Assembly: GCA_963771275.1 (NCBI GenBank)
Contig: CAVYSW010000011.1
Location: 79,123-143,122, forward strand
Direction of reading: 5' to 3'
Length of the DNA stretch: 64,000 nucleotides
Origin: an uncultured Gemmatimonadales bacterium
GTDB lineage: Bacteria > Gemmatimonadota > Gemmatimonadetes > Gemmatimonadales > GWC2-71-9
The position numbers were made by a program, and so were the translations under genes. Each line of letters begins with the position of its first letter. Position 1 is the first letter of the stretch. Positions 27,238 to 37,626 of this stretch are shown here, in pieces. The notes under the pieces are model-generated. The model had not been told where the DNA came from and ran no database searches. It saw only the letters and a list, made by a program, of their open reading frames with translations.

Positions 27238-27392
27238 CGGGCACGTCCCTCACCCCGCCTCTCCCTCTGTGCGCGAGGTCACCGCAGACTATTGCGCTCA
27301 GAACCGGGCGACATACTGTAGGACACGGTCCCGGCGAGACGGCCGGGCACGCGGGGATCACCGCGGGCGCCACCACTACGCGGGAGGTAGCG

Positions 27393-27926
27393 ATGCATCG
27401 GAAGGCCCTGGGGATCGTCCTGGCGGCGCTGCTCGTGAGCGCCGGTCCGGTTTCGGCACAGGGAATCAAGTTCATGCTCGGCGGGGGCCTCACGGTCCCG
27501 GTCAGCGACTACAAGAACGTGGATGGCGCCCAGAATGGCTGGATGGGGATGCTTGGCGCCGCGGTGTCCTTCCCCGTGCTGCCGATCGGCGTGCGGCTCG
27601 AGGGCCTCTACGGTCAGAACCCGCACACGGGCACCGCGACCGACAAGACCCTCCTGTACGGCGGTGCGGCCAGTGTCGTGCTCAAGTTCGGCATCCCGGG
27701 TCCGCTGAGTCCCTACATCATCGGCAGTGCCGGGTACCTGGATCACCACTACTCGCCGGGCGATACCGGCAACCCCTCCACCGACGAATGGAAGGCGCTG
27801 TACGGTGGCGGCGTCGGGTTGAGCCTCAGCTTCGTCGTGATCGGCGCGTTCATCGAGGGACGGTATCTGGCGCGCAGCAGCACGCGCTTCATCACGGCGA
27901 TGGGCGGCCTGCAGATCGGCATCTAA
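27393..27926 (+). CDS. Small outer-membrane beta-barrel protein
   Basis: RBS GGAGG, signal peptide, alternating beta strands (SPYIIG, YGGGVG, AFIEGRY). Confidence 0.78.
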   Translation: MHRKALGIVLAALLVSAGPVSAQGIKFMLGGGLTVPVSDYKNVDGAQNGWMGMLGAAVSFPVLPIGVRLEGLYGQNPHTGTATDKTLLYGGAASVVLKFGIPGPLSPYIIGSAGYLDHHYSPGDTGNPSTDEWKALYGGGVGLSLSFVVIGAFIEGRYLARSSTRFITAMGGLQIGI

Positions 27927-27947
27927 ACGGCAGCCGCCGAACGCCAA

Positions 27948-27976
27948 CGAGCCCCACCCGCACCGGATGGGGCTCG
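27948..27976. terminator. Hairpin between convergent genes
   Basis: CGAGCCCCA-c-CCG-cac-CGG-a-TGGGGCTCG. Confidence 0.6.
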
Positions 27977-28012
27977 CGTCGCTTCAGCACCAGTGGTGCT
28001 TGCGTCGGGCGC

Positions 28013-29654
28013 TCAGGACCCCGGTCGCGCGCGGACCAGCCGCCCCAAGAGCCGGGAGAGCGTGTCTTCGGGCACGCTGCCGCGCACGTTGACCTGGTAG
28101 CTCCAGTACCGCCGCGCCCCGACCACGTCGCCGAACATGCTCATGACCTGGGGCGTGCCGAGCCCGATCGAATCCGAGCCCGGCGGGACCGGCACGGCCG
28201 TGAGCACGAGCGCCTCACCGCTGGACAGTCGCTGCACCACCCGGTGGCCGGCGCGCCCGTCCATGACGATCTCACTCACGCTGTCGATCGGCAGTCCGTC
28301 GATCGCGACGAACACACCGGTCACGCTGGCACCCTCCGGCAGCTGCACCGTGACGGGTGCCGGCGGGGCGGGAACCCGACGGGGCGCCGGGGTGGGGGTG
28401 GCCGCCGGGGCCGGCGGCCCCGGCGCGGGTCGGGAGACCGGCGGGGGCGCCGCCCGCGCCGTGTCCGGGCCGGGAGGCGCCGCGGCGCGTCCCGTGTCGG
28501 TCGGGAGCCGCCTGCGCGACCGGCGCCGGGGCAGCTACCGACTCGGCCGGAGCCGCAGTGGGCCGGGGGGGAACCGTGGTCGTCGCCTGCTGCCCAGGCT
28601 CGCGTCCGCCGGTCCTGGACCGCTTGCCCAGGGTGAGTACGAGTCCAACTGTCACGAGCACGACGGCAGCCACTCCCCCGCCGATCCACAGCAGGCGCCC
28701 CTTGTGCGCCTGCCGCTCCGCCACGACCACCCTGCCACCGGTGGGGCCGGTCTTGGTCACGACCTTCGCGACGGGCCGTCGCTCCGGCGCCGGCGGACTC
28801 GATTCCCGCGCGGTCGGTGGGCGCTCAGGCTCGGCAGCACGGTGCGGCCCACTGGCGCGGGCTCGGCGCTCCGACGGCGGCGCGAACGGCCCCGGCTCCA
28901 GCTGAATCGGCGGCGACTCGCGCGGCGGAGGGGGCGCGGGCGGCGGAGGGGGCGCGAACCGGGGCTGCGCAGGGACCTTCGCCACCGGGACATCCGCCCG
29001 AGCAACCGGCGGTTGTTCAGCCCGCCGCTTCCCGCCTTGCGCACCAGCGTCAAACTGGGGCTCCGTGATCAGGCCGATTCCGGCCGGCTGGATCGGCGGC
29101 TTCCCGGGTGGCGTTCCCACCAGCGGGGGCGGCGCTTCCGCCCGCACCGGGGCCGCGGGTGCGACCGGTTTGCCATCCAGCTCGGCCAGGGCGTCCTGAA
29201 TGCCGCGGCGAGCTTCGTCATCCGGCCGGTCGACCACCCCTTGGAGCCGTACGAAGGCTTCCGGCTGCTTCACGCGCTTGGCGTACTCCTGCAGCACCGC
29301 CACCGCCGCCTGGAGCTGGCCGCCGGCGACGAGCCGGTCGGCGTACTCGCGGAACAGGCCGACGCGGCTCTCATCCACCCGCACGATCTTGTGGCACAGC
29401 GAGATGATGGTCTTGGCGGATCCCGTCTGCACGTAGTGGCCCGCCGCCCGCTCGTACATCGAGATGGCCCACGTAGGGTTGCCAAGCTTGAGCGAGAGAT
29501 CTCCTACCTTGACGTAGAGCGGGAGCTCGTGCTTGATGGCCGGGGTCCGCTCGAGGTGGTTGAGGATGTGGCGGTAGATCGCCAGCGCCTCGCTCACCTT
29601 GCCTTGCTGTTCGAGCGCGCGAGCGCGCTCCTTGAGCTCAGAGACTTTCGCCAC
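28013..29654 (-). pseudogene. Bitopic membrane protein (TPR-like N-terminus, Pro-rich linker, TM helix, C-terminal domain) split by a +1 frameshift at about 28503-28505; possibly a sequencing error
   Basis: ORF 28272..29654 loses coherence after AQAAP. Removing one base from the GGG run restores APTDTGRAAAPP…PVTVQLPEG into ORF 28013..28348. Confidence 0.7.
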
Positions 29655-29808
29655 GGTCCGCTTCCGTCGAAGGCGACGCGTTGGGGGCAGCGTGTCGTAT
29701 CCAAAACTATGCCTTCGCCGGTGGCCCGCAACCGGAAACCGGTGGGCGGGCGGCGCCTGGAGGACCGGGAAGGCCCCCGGGGCGCCGGTCCCGCGCCGCC
29801 GGACGGTG

Positions 29809-30504
29809 CTACTTCTCGATGCCGAGCAGCTCGACCTCGAACACGAGGGTAGCGGCGGGCGGGATGTCCGGAGGCGACCCGGCGTCGCCGTACGCCAGCG
29901 ACGCGGGCAGCACCACGCGGTACTTGCTGCCCACCGGCATCAGCTGGATCGCCTCACTCCACCCCGGGACGACTTCGTTCACCGCGAAGATCGCCGGCTC
30001 GCCGCGCGTGTAGGAGTTGTCGAACTCCTTGCCGTCGATCAGCGTCCCACGATAGTGGACCCGGACCCGGTCGGTGGTCTTGGGGCGTGGGCCGGTCCCG
30101 GCCGTCAGGACCTCGTACTGCAGGCCGCTCGCGGTCGTCTGCACACCGGCACGCTTGGCGTTCTCCGCCAGGTAGGCCTCCCCCGCCGCGCGGTTCGAGT
30201 CCCCCTGGACCTTGCGCTGGTTCATCACGTGTTCCTGGAGCTGACTCATGAAACTCTGGAGAATCCGGCCGGCGTCCGCCTGGGACAGCCGGGCGGTGCG
30301 CCCCTCGGCCGCGTCTTCGAGACCTGCCTTGAGGGCGGCGAGCTCGACCCGGCTACGGACCTCGCGCAGCGAGCCTCCCATGTTCATCCCGATCGCGTAG
30401 CTGGCGCTGTCCGCGAAAGTGGCCAGAGTCGCCTGACGCTGACCCGCACATGCGGCAGACACCAGCATGAGGGCCATGGCTCCGACCCGGTCCTGAAGGC
30501 GCAT
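29809..30504 (-). CDS. FKBP-type peptidyl-prolyl isomerase (FkpA/FklB-like)
   Basis: SYAIG, TASGLQYEVL, VRVHYRGTLIDGKEFD, VVPGWSEAIQLM, LAYG, TLVFEVELL. Confidence 0.93.
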   Translation of the reverse strand: MRLQDRVGAMALMLVSAACAGQRQATLATFADSASYAIGMNMGGSLREVRSRVELAALKAGLEDAAEGRTARLSQADAGRILQSFMSQLQEHVMNQRKVQGDSNRAAGEAYLAENAKRAGVQTTASGLQYEVLTAGTGPRPKTTDRVRVHYRGTLIDGKEFDNSYTRGEPAIFAVNEVVPGWSEAIQLMPVGSKYRVVLPASLAYGDAGSPPDIPPAATLVFEVELLGIEK

Positions 30505-30624
30505 TGTCACTCCATTGATTGACGGAAGAGCGCCGCTCCCCAGGGCCCCTGCGGTCCCGGCGGGCGGCGCGGGTTGGCTGCTGCGGAACATATCCCCGCG
30601 ACCGGATGGTGTCTACGCGGTGCG

Positions 30625-32775
30625 TCACGCTTCGTCCGCCAGCAGCGCCTGGAAGCGGGGGTCCTCGCGCAGCCCGTCGAGATCGGGGTCGTTGCGGGCC
30701 CAGTTCCGATGCCAGAACCCGCCGCGCACGGCGTCGCGCAGGCACGCCATCGCGCGGTCCGCCTGTCCTTCGAGCGCGTAGAGGCAGGCGGCATTGTACG
30801 ACACCCCGGCGTCCTCGGGGTCGATCGTCAGGGCCCGCTCGATCCACTCGAGGCCCTTGGCCGGCTCCCCGAGGCGGCACAGGGCCACGGCGCCCATCGT
30901 GACGGCCCGCGCGTCGCCCGGGTTCAGCTCCAGGTGCCGCTCCGTCACGGCGAGCGACGTCCGGTACGCGGCGAGCGCCTCGGCGTCGCGGTGCAGCGCC
31001 GCGTAGGACTGCGCCGCGAAGAACCACGCCTGGTAGTCCTCCCGCACCTGCGCCGCGCGCGCGAACAGCTCAGCCGCACGCTCGAGGCGCCCGCTCTGGA
31101 AGCAGGCCCGGGCGTAGAAGTAATGCGCCTCGAACGAGCCGGGATTCAACGCGATCGCCCGAAGGAACTCCCGCTCGGCGTCATCGAACCGGCCGCGGAG
31201 TGCCACGGCGAGGCCGCGGGCCGCGTGCGCTTCGGACGATCCGGGGTCGAGCTCGAGCGCGCGCTGGCTGGCGGCGTCGGCCTGCTCGAGGTCCACGGCG
31301 GCGCCGCCCCAGTACATGTGGAGGAACGAGCTGCAATCGGCGGCGCCGGCGTGTGCCGGCGCGTAGGCCTCGTCGACCGCGATGGCGCGCAGGAACATCT
31401 CGCGGGCGAACTCGATGCTCTTGCGCCGGAACTGGTGGAAGCACTGCCGCCCCCGGAGGTAGTACTCGTAGGCCCGCACGTCGGGCGTGCGCACCCGATG
31501 GAGCCTGCCGGTCGCCCGCGCGTCGAACACGACCTGGAGCGCCTGCGCGATGCTCTGGGCGATCTGCTCCTGAATCAGAAAAACGTCCTGCATTTCCTTG
31601 TCGAACCGCTCGGCCCATAGCTGATAGCCGTCCTCCACGCTCACGAGCTCCGCCGTGACCCGGATCCGGTCGCCCGACCGGCGCACACTGCCCTCGAGCA
31701 CCGCCCCCACACCCAGGCGCCGGCCGATCGAGCGCACGTCGTCATGGCTGCCCTTGAACGCGAAGCTCGAGGTACGCGACGCGACCCGCACGCCCGTCAG
31801 CCGACTCAGCGCGTTCGTGATCTCCTCGCTGATGCCGTCGCTCAGGTATTCGGCGTCGGGGCTCCCGCTCATGTTCGTGAAGGCGAGCACCGCGAGCGCC
31901 GTGGCCGGCGGGCCGGCGGGCTCTGTTTCCGTGGCTGTGAGGGCGCTCACGAAGTCGCCCGCGCTGGCGTAGCGGTCCGGCGCGGCCTTGGCCAGCGCCC
32001 GGGCCACGGCGCGCACCACCCCCGGCGCGAGGTCCGGTCGCACCGTGGCGAGCGGTGGGACGGGATCGGTGACGTGCCGCGCCATGACGGCTCGGGCGCT
32101 CGAGCCGTGGAACGGCGGCTCGCCCGCGAGCATCTCGTAGACCACGCACGCCAGGCTGTACACGTCGCTCCGGGGGTCGAGCTGTCGCTCGCCCGCCGCC
32201 TGCTCCGGGCTCATGTACTCCGGGGTGCCCGCCACGAAGCCCGCGGCGGTCAGCCGTCCGGGCTCGGCGGCGGACAGCGCCGTGGCGAGTCCGAAGTCCG
32301 TCACGACGGCGTGGCCCTCCTCGATCAGGATGTTCTCCGGCTTGATGTCGCGATGCACGACCCCTTGGCGGTGCGCATGGTCGAGCGCCTCCGCGACGCC
32401 CTGGGCGACCTTGACGGTCTGCTCCAGCCCGAGCGGGCGCTCGCGCTCGAGCCACCTGCGGAGCGACTCGCCCGCGACATACGGCATCACGTAGTACAGC
32501 AGATCGCCGGCGGTTCCCGAATCATGCAGCGGCAGGATGTGAGGGTGCGCGAGGCGGGCCGAGATGGCGATTTCCTGCAGGAACCGGTCGACGCCCACCG
32601 ACGCCGCCAGCTCCGGGCGCAGCACCTTGATGGCGACCGGGCGGTGGTGCTTCAGATCGTGGGCGAGGTAGACCGTCGCCATGCCGCCGCGGCCGAGCTC
32701 CCGCTCGATCCGGTAGCGGCCCGCGAGGCTCCTTTCGAGCTGCGCGAACAGATCGCGTGCCGTCGGGCCGGTCAT
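30625..32775 (-). CDS. Ser/Thr protein kinase with TolB-like and TPR domains
   Basis: LGRGGMATVY, VAIK, HRDIKPEN, DFG, GTPEYMSPE. LAVLAFTNMS…LEGSVR domain. C-terminal TPRs. Confidence 0.92.
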   Translation of the reverse strand: MTGPTARDLFAQLERSLAGRYRIERELGRGGMATVYLAHDLKHHRPVAIKVLRPELAASVGVDRFLQEIAISARLAHPHILPLHDSGTAGDLLYYVMPYVAGESLRRWLERERPLGLEQTVKVAQGVAEALDHAHRQGVVHRDIKPENILIEEGHAVVTDFGLATALSAAEPGRLTAAGFVAGTPEYMSPEQAAGERQLDPRSDVYSLACVVYEMLAGEPPFHGSSARAVMARHVTDPVPPLATVRPDLAPGVVRAVARALAKAAPDRYASAGDFVSALTATETEPAGPPATALAVLAFTNMSGSPDAEYLSDGISEEITNALSRLTGVRVASRTSSFAFKGSHDDVRSIGRRLGVGAVLEGSVRRSGDRIRVTAELVSVEDGYQLWAERFDKEMQDVFLIQEQIAQSIAQALQVVFDARATGRLHRVRTPDVRAYEYYLRGRQCFHQFRRKSIEFAREMFLRAIAVDEAYAPAHAGAADCSSFLHMYWGGAAVDLEQADAASQRALELDPGSSEAHAARGLAVALRGRFDDAEREFLRAIALNPGSFEAHYFYARACFQSGRLERAAELFARAAQVREDYQAWFFAAQSYAALHRDAEALAAYRTSLAVTERHLELNPGDARAVTMGAVALCRLGEPAKGLEWIERALTIDPEDAGVSYNAACLYALEGQADRAMACLRDAVRGGFWHRNWARNDPDLDGLREDPRFQALLADEA

Positions 32776-32829
32776 TGGGGGAAACATGGTCCCGCGGGCA
32801 CGGTCCCGCAAAGGCACCGGGGCGGCGAC

Positions 32830-32875
32830 TTGACAGAATCAGACCCATTGTTCAAAGTTTTAACCTGTATTCAAA
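32830..32875 (+). promoter_or_regulatory. Sigma70-like promoter with two adjacent 18-bp putative TetR operator sites
   Basis: TTGACA (32830-35), 17 bp spacer, CAAAGT. AT-rich island containing TCAGACCCATTGTTCAAA and TTTTAACCTGTATTCAAA, both ending TTCAAA. Confidence 0.55.
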
Positions 32876-32890
32876 TTGTCGAGGCGGGGC

Positions 32891-33505
32891 ATGCCCATCC
32901 AGCGTACGTCGGCCACGTCCTCTCCCCACGTCCGGGAGAAGCGTCGCCGCCGCCGGGCCGAGATCCTGCACGCCGCCCTGCGCGCCTTCCGCGCCAAAGG
33001 CTACCACGCCACGACCCTGGACGACATCGCGGACCAGCTCGGCGTCCGCAAGACCGCGCTGTACCACTACTTCCCCGACAAGGAAGCGATTCTCTACGCC
33101 TGCCACCGTGAATCGCTGGCCGAGCTGAGCCGCATCCTCAAGGGGGCGCGGGCGCTCGACTCGGCCGGTGAGCAGCTCGCCTACGTCATTCGCGAGCACG
33201 TCCGCGTCATGACCGACACGCTGGAGGGCTCGCCGCTCGCGTTCGAAGTGACGGCGCTTTCGCCAGAGCGGCAGCGCGGCGTCATCGCCGCCCGCGACCG
33301 GTACGAGCGCGCGCTGCGCCGGATGATCGAGAGCGCGATGGCTGCCGGCGAGTTCCGGCCGGTCGATCCGAAGATCGCCGCGTTCGCCATCCTCGGCGCG
33401 ATCAACTGGATCGCCCGGTGGTACAGCCCCGAGGGCTCGCTCCGCGCTCCGGAGCTCGGCGGGCAATTCGCCGAGCATCTCCTGGGCGGACTGACCTGCG
33501 GGTGA
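32891..33505 (+). CDS. TetR/AcrR family regulator (KstR2-like C-terminal domain)
   Basis: HTH region ILHAA…GYHATTLDDIA..LGV.KTALYHYF. C-terminal GEFR..DP…ILGAINW..RWY.P.G. Confidence 0.9.
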   Translation: MPIQRTSATSSPHVREKRRRRRAEILHAALRAFRAKGYHATTLDDIADQLGVRKTALYHYFPDKEAILYACHRESLAELSRILKGARALDSAGEQLAYVIREHVRVMTDTLEGSPLAFEVTALSPERQRGVIAARDRYERALRRMIESAMAAGEFRPVDPKIAAFAILGAINWIARWYSPEGSLRAPELGGQFAEHLLGGLTCG

Positions 33506-33536
33506 CGGCCCACTCGCGGCACCACAGGAGGACGTG

Positions 33537-34589
33537 ATGAAAGCGATCCAGCTCACCGCCGTCGGCGCGCCGCTCGAGATCCGCGACGTGCCGGATCCTC
33601 ACCCGGCGGAGACCGACGTCCTGGTGCGGGTCGCCGGTTGCGGGGTCTGCCACACGGACATCGGCTTCTGGCAGGACGGCGTGCCCACCAAGCAGCCGCT
33701 GCCCCTCACGCTCGGGCACGAGGTCGCCGGCACGGTAGTCGAGGCCGGGGCCGCCGCCCGCCAGCTGGTCGGGCGCGACGTGATCGTGCCGGCTGTGATC
33801 CCGTGCGGCGCATGCGACTTGTGCGCCGCGGGGCGCGGCAACATCTGCCGGCGCCAGCTCATGCCGGGCAACGACATGGACGGCGGGTTCGCCGAGTACC
33901 TCGTGGTGCCGGCCCGCGGGCTGTGCCTCGTCGGGGACCGCGGGCCGTACCGCCTGGCCGACCTGTCGGTCGTGGCCGATGCCGTCACCACGCCCTACCA
34001 GGCGATCGTGCGGAGCGGCCTGCGCGCCGGCGACCTCGCGATCGTGGTGGGCCTGGGCGGCGTCGGCACCTACTGCGCGCAGATCGCCGCCGCCACGGGC
34101 GCCCATGTCGTGGCGATCGACGTGGACGACGCCAGGCTCGCCGCGATCGCCCCGCACGGCCCGGGGCTCACGCTCAACTCCGCCGCGCTCGACTTCAAGG
34201 ACGTGCGGCAACACATCCGCCAGCAGGCGAAGGCCTGGGCCTGCCCCGAGCACAGCTGGAAGATCTTCGAGTGCTCGGGGCATCCCGGTGGCCAGGAGAC
34301 GGCGTTCGGGCTCCTGACCTACGCGTCCACCCTGATGGTCATCGGCTTCACGCTCGGCAAGGTCGCGTTGCGCCTCAGCAACGCGATGGCGTTCGACGCC
34401 ACGATCCAGGGGACGTGGGGCTGCAAGCCGGAGCTCTATCCGCCGGCGCTCGCGTTGGTCACGAGCGGGAAAGTCACGCTGGCCCCGTTCATCGAACCGT
34501 TCCCCATGAGCACCGGGCCGGATGTCGTCCGCCGCGTCGCCGAGCACGCCATCACGCGCCGGGCGATCCTGGTGCCCGACTGGCATTGA
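33537..34589 (+). CDS. had: 6-hydroxycyclohex-1-ene-1-carbonyl-CoA dehydrogenase (Zn-dependent)
   Basis: GCGVCHTD, LGHE, CxxCxxC, MPGNDMDGGFA, VVADAVTTPYQA, KIFECSG, RLSNAMAFDA, WGC.PELYP. Gene context. Confidence 0.9.
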   Translation: MKAIQLTAVGAPLEIRDVPDPHPAETDVLVRVAGCGVCHTDIGFWQDGVPTKQPLPLTLGHEVAGTVVEAGAAARQLVGRDVIVPAVIPCGACDLCAAGRGNICRRQLMPGNDMDGGFAEYLVVPARGLCLVGDRGPYRLADLSVVADAVTTPYQAIVRSGLRAGDLAIVVGLGGVGTYCAQIAAATGAHVVAIDVDDARLAAIAPHGPGLTLNSAALDFKDVRQHIRQQAKAWACPEHSWKIFECSGHPGGQETAFGLLTYASTLMVIGFTLGKVALRLSNAMAFDATIQGTWGCKPELYPPALALVTSGKVTLAPFIEPFPMSTGPDVVRRVAEHAITRRAILVPDWH

Positions 34590-34602
34590 GAGGGACACCC
34601 CG

Positions 34603-35694
34603 ATGCTGAAGAGCCACACGCTGGTACCCGACGTCGCGTTTCGGGATATCCAATACGCGCTGCGCCCGGTGCGGGACCCGCAGGGGAAGCCCGTCTCCGG
34701 CCTGCACAATGCCTGGATCATCCTGAACAACCCCCAGCAGCTCAACAGCTACACCACCGACACCGTGAAGGAAGTGATTCTCGCGTTCCGGCAGGCCAGC
34801 ATGGACCGGAGCGTCGTGTGCTGCGTGTTCACGGCGGTCGGGGATCAGGCGTTCTGCACCGGTGGCAACACCAAGGAGTACGCCGAGTACTACGCGGGGA
34901 ATCCGCAGGAGTACAAGCAGTACATGCGGCTCTTCAACGACATGATCGACGCGATCATGCGGTGCGACAAGCCGGTGCTGAACCGGGTGAACGGGATGCG
35001 CGTCGCGGGCGGCCAGGAAATCGGCATGGCCTGCGACTTCACCATCGCGGCCGACACCGCGCGGTTCGGTCAGGCCGGTCCCAAGCACGGCTCGGCCCCC
35101 GACGGCGGCTCGACCGATTTCCTGCCGCTCTACGTCGGCTTCGCCGCCGCGATGGAGAGCGGCGTGCTGTGCGACATGTGGAGCGCCCACAAGGCGCTGT
35201 ACCTCGGGCTGATCAACCAGGTCGTGCCGGTGCTCAAGGTGGACGGTCAGTGGATCCCGAATCCGATGGTGGTGATCGACCGCTTCGCGGACCCATTCGG
35301 CCACATCGTGTTCGGCGACTTCAAGACCGGCCCCGAGCGCGACGCCGCGAAGGCAGTGCTCGCGCGGGCGGAGACGGACCTGAGCCGGCTGGACGAGGCG
35401 GTCGAGGCGCTCTGCACCGAGCTGCTCATGCTCATGCCCGACTGCGTCTCGAAGACGGTGAACAGCCTGCGGAAGCACAAGCAGCGGCACTGGGACGACA
35501 CGAACGTGACCAACCGGGAGTGGCTCGGCCTGAACATGATGACGGAAGGGAAGGCGGGATTCCGCGCGTTCAACGAGGGTCCCAAGGGGAAGCGCGAGGT
35601 GGATTTCATCAAGCTGCGGCAGCTCCTGGCCGCGGGCCACCCGTGGGATGACGAGCTGATCCGGGCGATCTCGCCGCAGTATCAGGAGGACTGA
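34603..35694 (+). CDS. oah: 6-oxocyclohex-1-ene-1-carbonyl-CoA hydrolase (ring-opening; Oah/BzdY/BamA)
   Basis: NNPQQLNSYTT, AFCTGGNTKEYAEYYAG, RVNGMRVAGGQEIGMACD, QAGPKHGSAP, WLGLNMMTEG. Confidence 0.93.
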   Translation: MLKSHTLVPDVAFRDIQYALRPVRDPQGKPVSGLHNAWIILNNPQQLNSYTTDTVKEVILAFRQASMDRSVVCCVFTAVGDQAFCTGGNTKEYAEYYAGNPQEYKQYMRLFNDMIDAIMRCDKPVLNRVNGMRVAGGQEIGMACDFTIAADTARFGQAGPKHGSAPDGGSTDFLPLYVGFAAAMESGVLCDMWSAHKALYLGLINQVVPVLKVDGQWIPNPMVVIDRFADPFGHIVFGDFKTGPERDAAKAVLARAETDLSRLDEAVEALCTELLMLMPDCVSKTVNSLRKHKQRHWDDTNVTNREWLGLNMMTEGKAGFRAFNEGPKGKREVDFIKLRQLLAAGHPWDDELIRAISPQYQED

Positions 35695-35700
35695 GCTCCC

Positions 35701-36450
35701 ATGGACCTGGGCCTCAAGGAGAAGCGCGCCATCGTGACCGGCGGCAGCGTCGGGATCGGGGCGGCGATCGCGCTGACCCTGGCGCGCGAAGGCTGCGACG
35801 TGGCGATCACCTACCGGCGCCACGACACCGAAGCGAACGCCGTCGTTGCCAAGATCGGGGCCCTCGGCCGCCGGGGGCTCGCCGTGAAGGCCGACGTCGC
35901 GAGCTACGCCGACGCGCAGCGCATGGTCGAGACCGTGGTGGCGGCGTTCGGGCGTCTGGACATCATGGTGTGCAACGCGGGCGTCAATTGGGACGGCGTG
36001 ATCTGGAAGATGACCGAGGAGCAGTGGGACACGGTCATCAACGTGAACCTCAAGGGCTACTTCAACTACAACAAGGCCGCCGCGCTGGTGTTCAAGGACC
36101 AGAAGAGCGGCAAGATCGTCAACATCTCCTCGATCAACGGCCTGCGGGGGAAGTTCGCCCAGACCAACTACGCGGCCTCCAAGGGCGGCGAGATCGCCCT
36201 GAGCAAGTCGCTCGCCCGGGAGCTGGGGAAGTTCAACGTGAACGTCAACGTCGTCGCTCCCGGCATGGTCATGACCGAGATGGCGGAGCACATCCCGCCC
36301 GAGTTCCTGACCAAGGCGATGGACGAGACCGCCCTGGGGCGGTTCGCCACCGCCGAGGAGTGCGCGGATCTGGTCGCGTTTCTCTGCTCGGACCGCGCGC
36401 GCCACATCACGGGAGAAGTGGTCAAGATCGACGGCGGCCAGTACATGTAG
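35701..36450 (+). CDS. SDR family 3-oxoacyl/3-hydroxyacyl-CoA oxidoreductase (FabG-like)
   Basis: TGGSVGIG, CNAG, NISS, YAASK, VAPG, ITGEVVKIDGG. Confidence 0.88.
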   Translation: MDLGLKEKRAIVTGGSVGIGAAIALTLAREGCDVAITYRRHDTEANAVVAKIGALGRRGLAVKADVASYADAQRMVETVVAAFGRLDIMVCNAGVNWDGVIWKMTEEQWDTVINVNLKGYFNYNKAAALVFKDQKSGKIVNISSINGLRGKFAQTNYAASKGGEIALSKSLARELGKFNVNVNVVAPGMVMTEMAEHIPPEFLTKAMDETALGRFATAEECADLVAFLCSDRARHITGEVVKIDGGQYM

Positions 36451-36468
36451 ACGGGATGCGAAACCGCG

Positions 36469-37623
36469 ATGACTAGAGTGGGGATCATCGGCCTCGGACA
36501 CGGGGTGTTCGGCCGGCGCAGCGATGCGACGGTCCAGGAGCTGGCCTGCGAGGCGTTCCGCGAAGCGCTGGAGGACGCCGGGATCGATCGAAGCGCGATC
36601 GACGCGTCCGTGATCGGCGCCGTCCCCGAGTACCACAAGCAGCGCTCCCTGGCCGGCGTGGTGCAGGAGTACCTCGGGCTCGTGCCGAAGCCGACCTGGC
36701 TCACCGAGGTGGCGTGCGCCTCGGGCAGCGCCGCCATCCGGACGGCGTGGATGGCGATCCGGTCCGGCCTGCACGACGTGGTCGCGGTGATCGGCTGCCA
36801 GAAGATGACCGAGCTGTCCACCCCGGAGATCCTCGCCCTGATGGGACGCGTGGGCGAGGTGCAGTGGGAGTCGGGCTTCGGCACGACGTTCCCCGGCTAC
36901 TACGCCATGTTCGCCAAGCGGCACATGCACGAGTTCGGCACCACGCGCGAGCAGCTGCTCGAGGTCGCCGTGAAGAACCACTACTACGGCGCGAAGAACC
37001 CCCGGGCCCTGTTTCGCAAGGAGGTCACCCGGGAGAAGGCCGCGGCGTCCGAGGACGTGGCCACGCCGCTCCAGGTGTATGACTGCTGCGCCAACGCGGA
37101 CGGGGCCGCCTGCGTGATCCTGGCGAGCGAGCCGCGCGCCAGGGCGCTCTCCACGCACCCGGTATGGCTGTCCGGGATGGGGTGTGCCACCGCCAGCATG
37201 TCGGTGCTGCGGCGGCCAAGTCTCGTGGGGCTCCCCAGCGCCGAGCTGGCCGCGGCGCAGGCGTACGCGATGGCGGGGATCGGCCCGCGCGACGTCAAAG
37301 TGGCGGACGTACACGACTGCTTCACGGTCGCCGAGATCATGGCCTACGAAGACCTGGGGTTCTGCAAGAAGGGCGAGGGCGGCCCGTTCGTGGCTGCGCG
37401 GCAGAGCTACATCGGCGGGACCGTGGCGGTGAACGTGGACGGCGGGCTCAAGGCCAAGGGCCACCCGATCGGCGCCACGGGCGTGTCGATGACGTACGAG
37501 ATCGCCAAGCAGCTACGCGGCGAGGCGGGAGAGCGCCAGGTGCCCGACGCCGACATCGGCCTCACGCACAACGTCGGGGGGATCGGTCAGTACTGCTTCG
37601 TCCAGGTCCTCACGAGGGATTGA
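36469..37623 (+). CDS. SCP2/archaeal-type thiolase
   Basis: EVACASGS, DCCANADGAA, VHDCF, KGHPIGATG, HNVGG. Confidence 0.88.
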   Translation: MTRVGIIGLGHGVFGRRSDATVQELACEAFREALEDAGIDRSAIDASVIGAVPEYHKQRSLAGVVQEYLGLVPKPTWLTEVACASGSAAIRTAWMAIRSGLHDVVAVIGCQKMTELSTPEILALMGRVGEVQWESGFGTTFPGYYAMFAKRHMHEFGTTREQLLEVAVKNHYYGAKNPRALFRKEVTREKAAASEDVATPLQVYDCCANADGAACVILASEPRARALSTHPVWLSGMGCATASMSVLRRPSLVGLPSAELAAAQAYAMAGIGPRDVKVADVHDCFTVAEIMAYEDLGFCKKGEGGPFVAARQSYIGGTVAVNVDGGLKAKGHPIGATGVSMTYEIAKQLRGEAGERQVPDADIGLTHNVGGIGQYCFVQVLTRD

Positions 37624-37626
37624 GCC

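Noticed and set aside
34552..37464. 970-aa antisense ORF, and many similar Arg/Pro/Gly-rich long ORFs across the window
   Set aside because: Shadow ORFs caused by high GC and codon bias, lying opposite well-supported genes.
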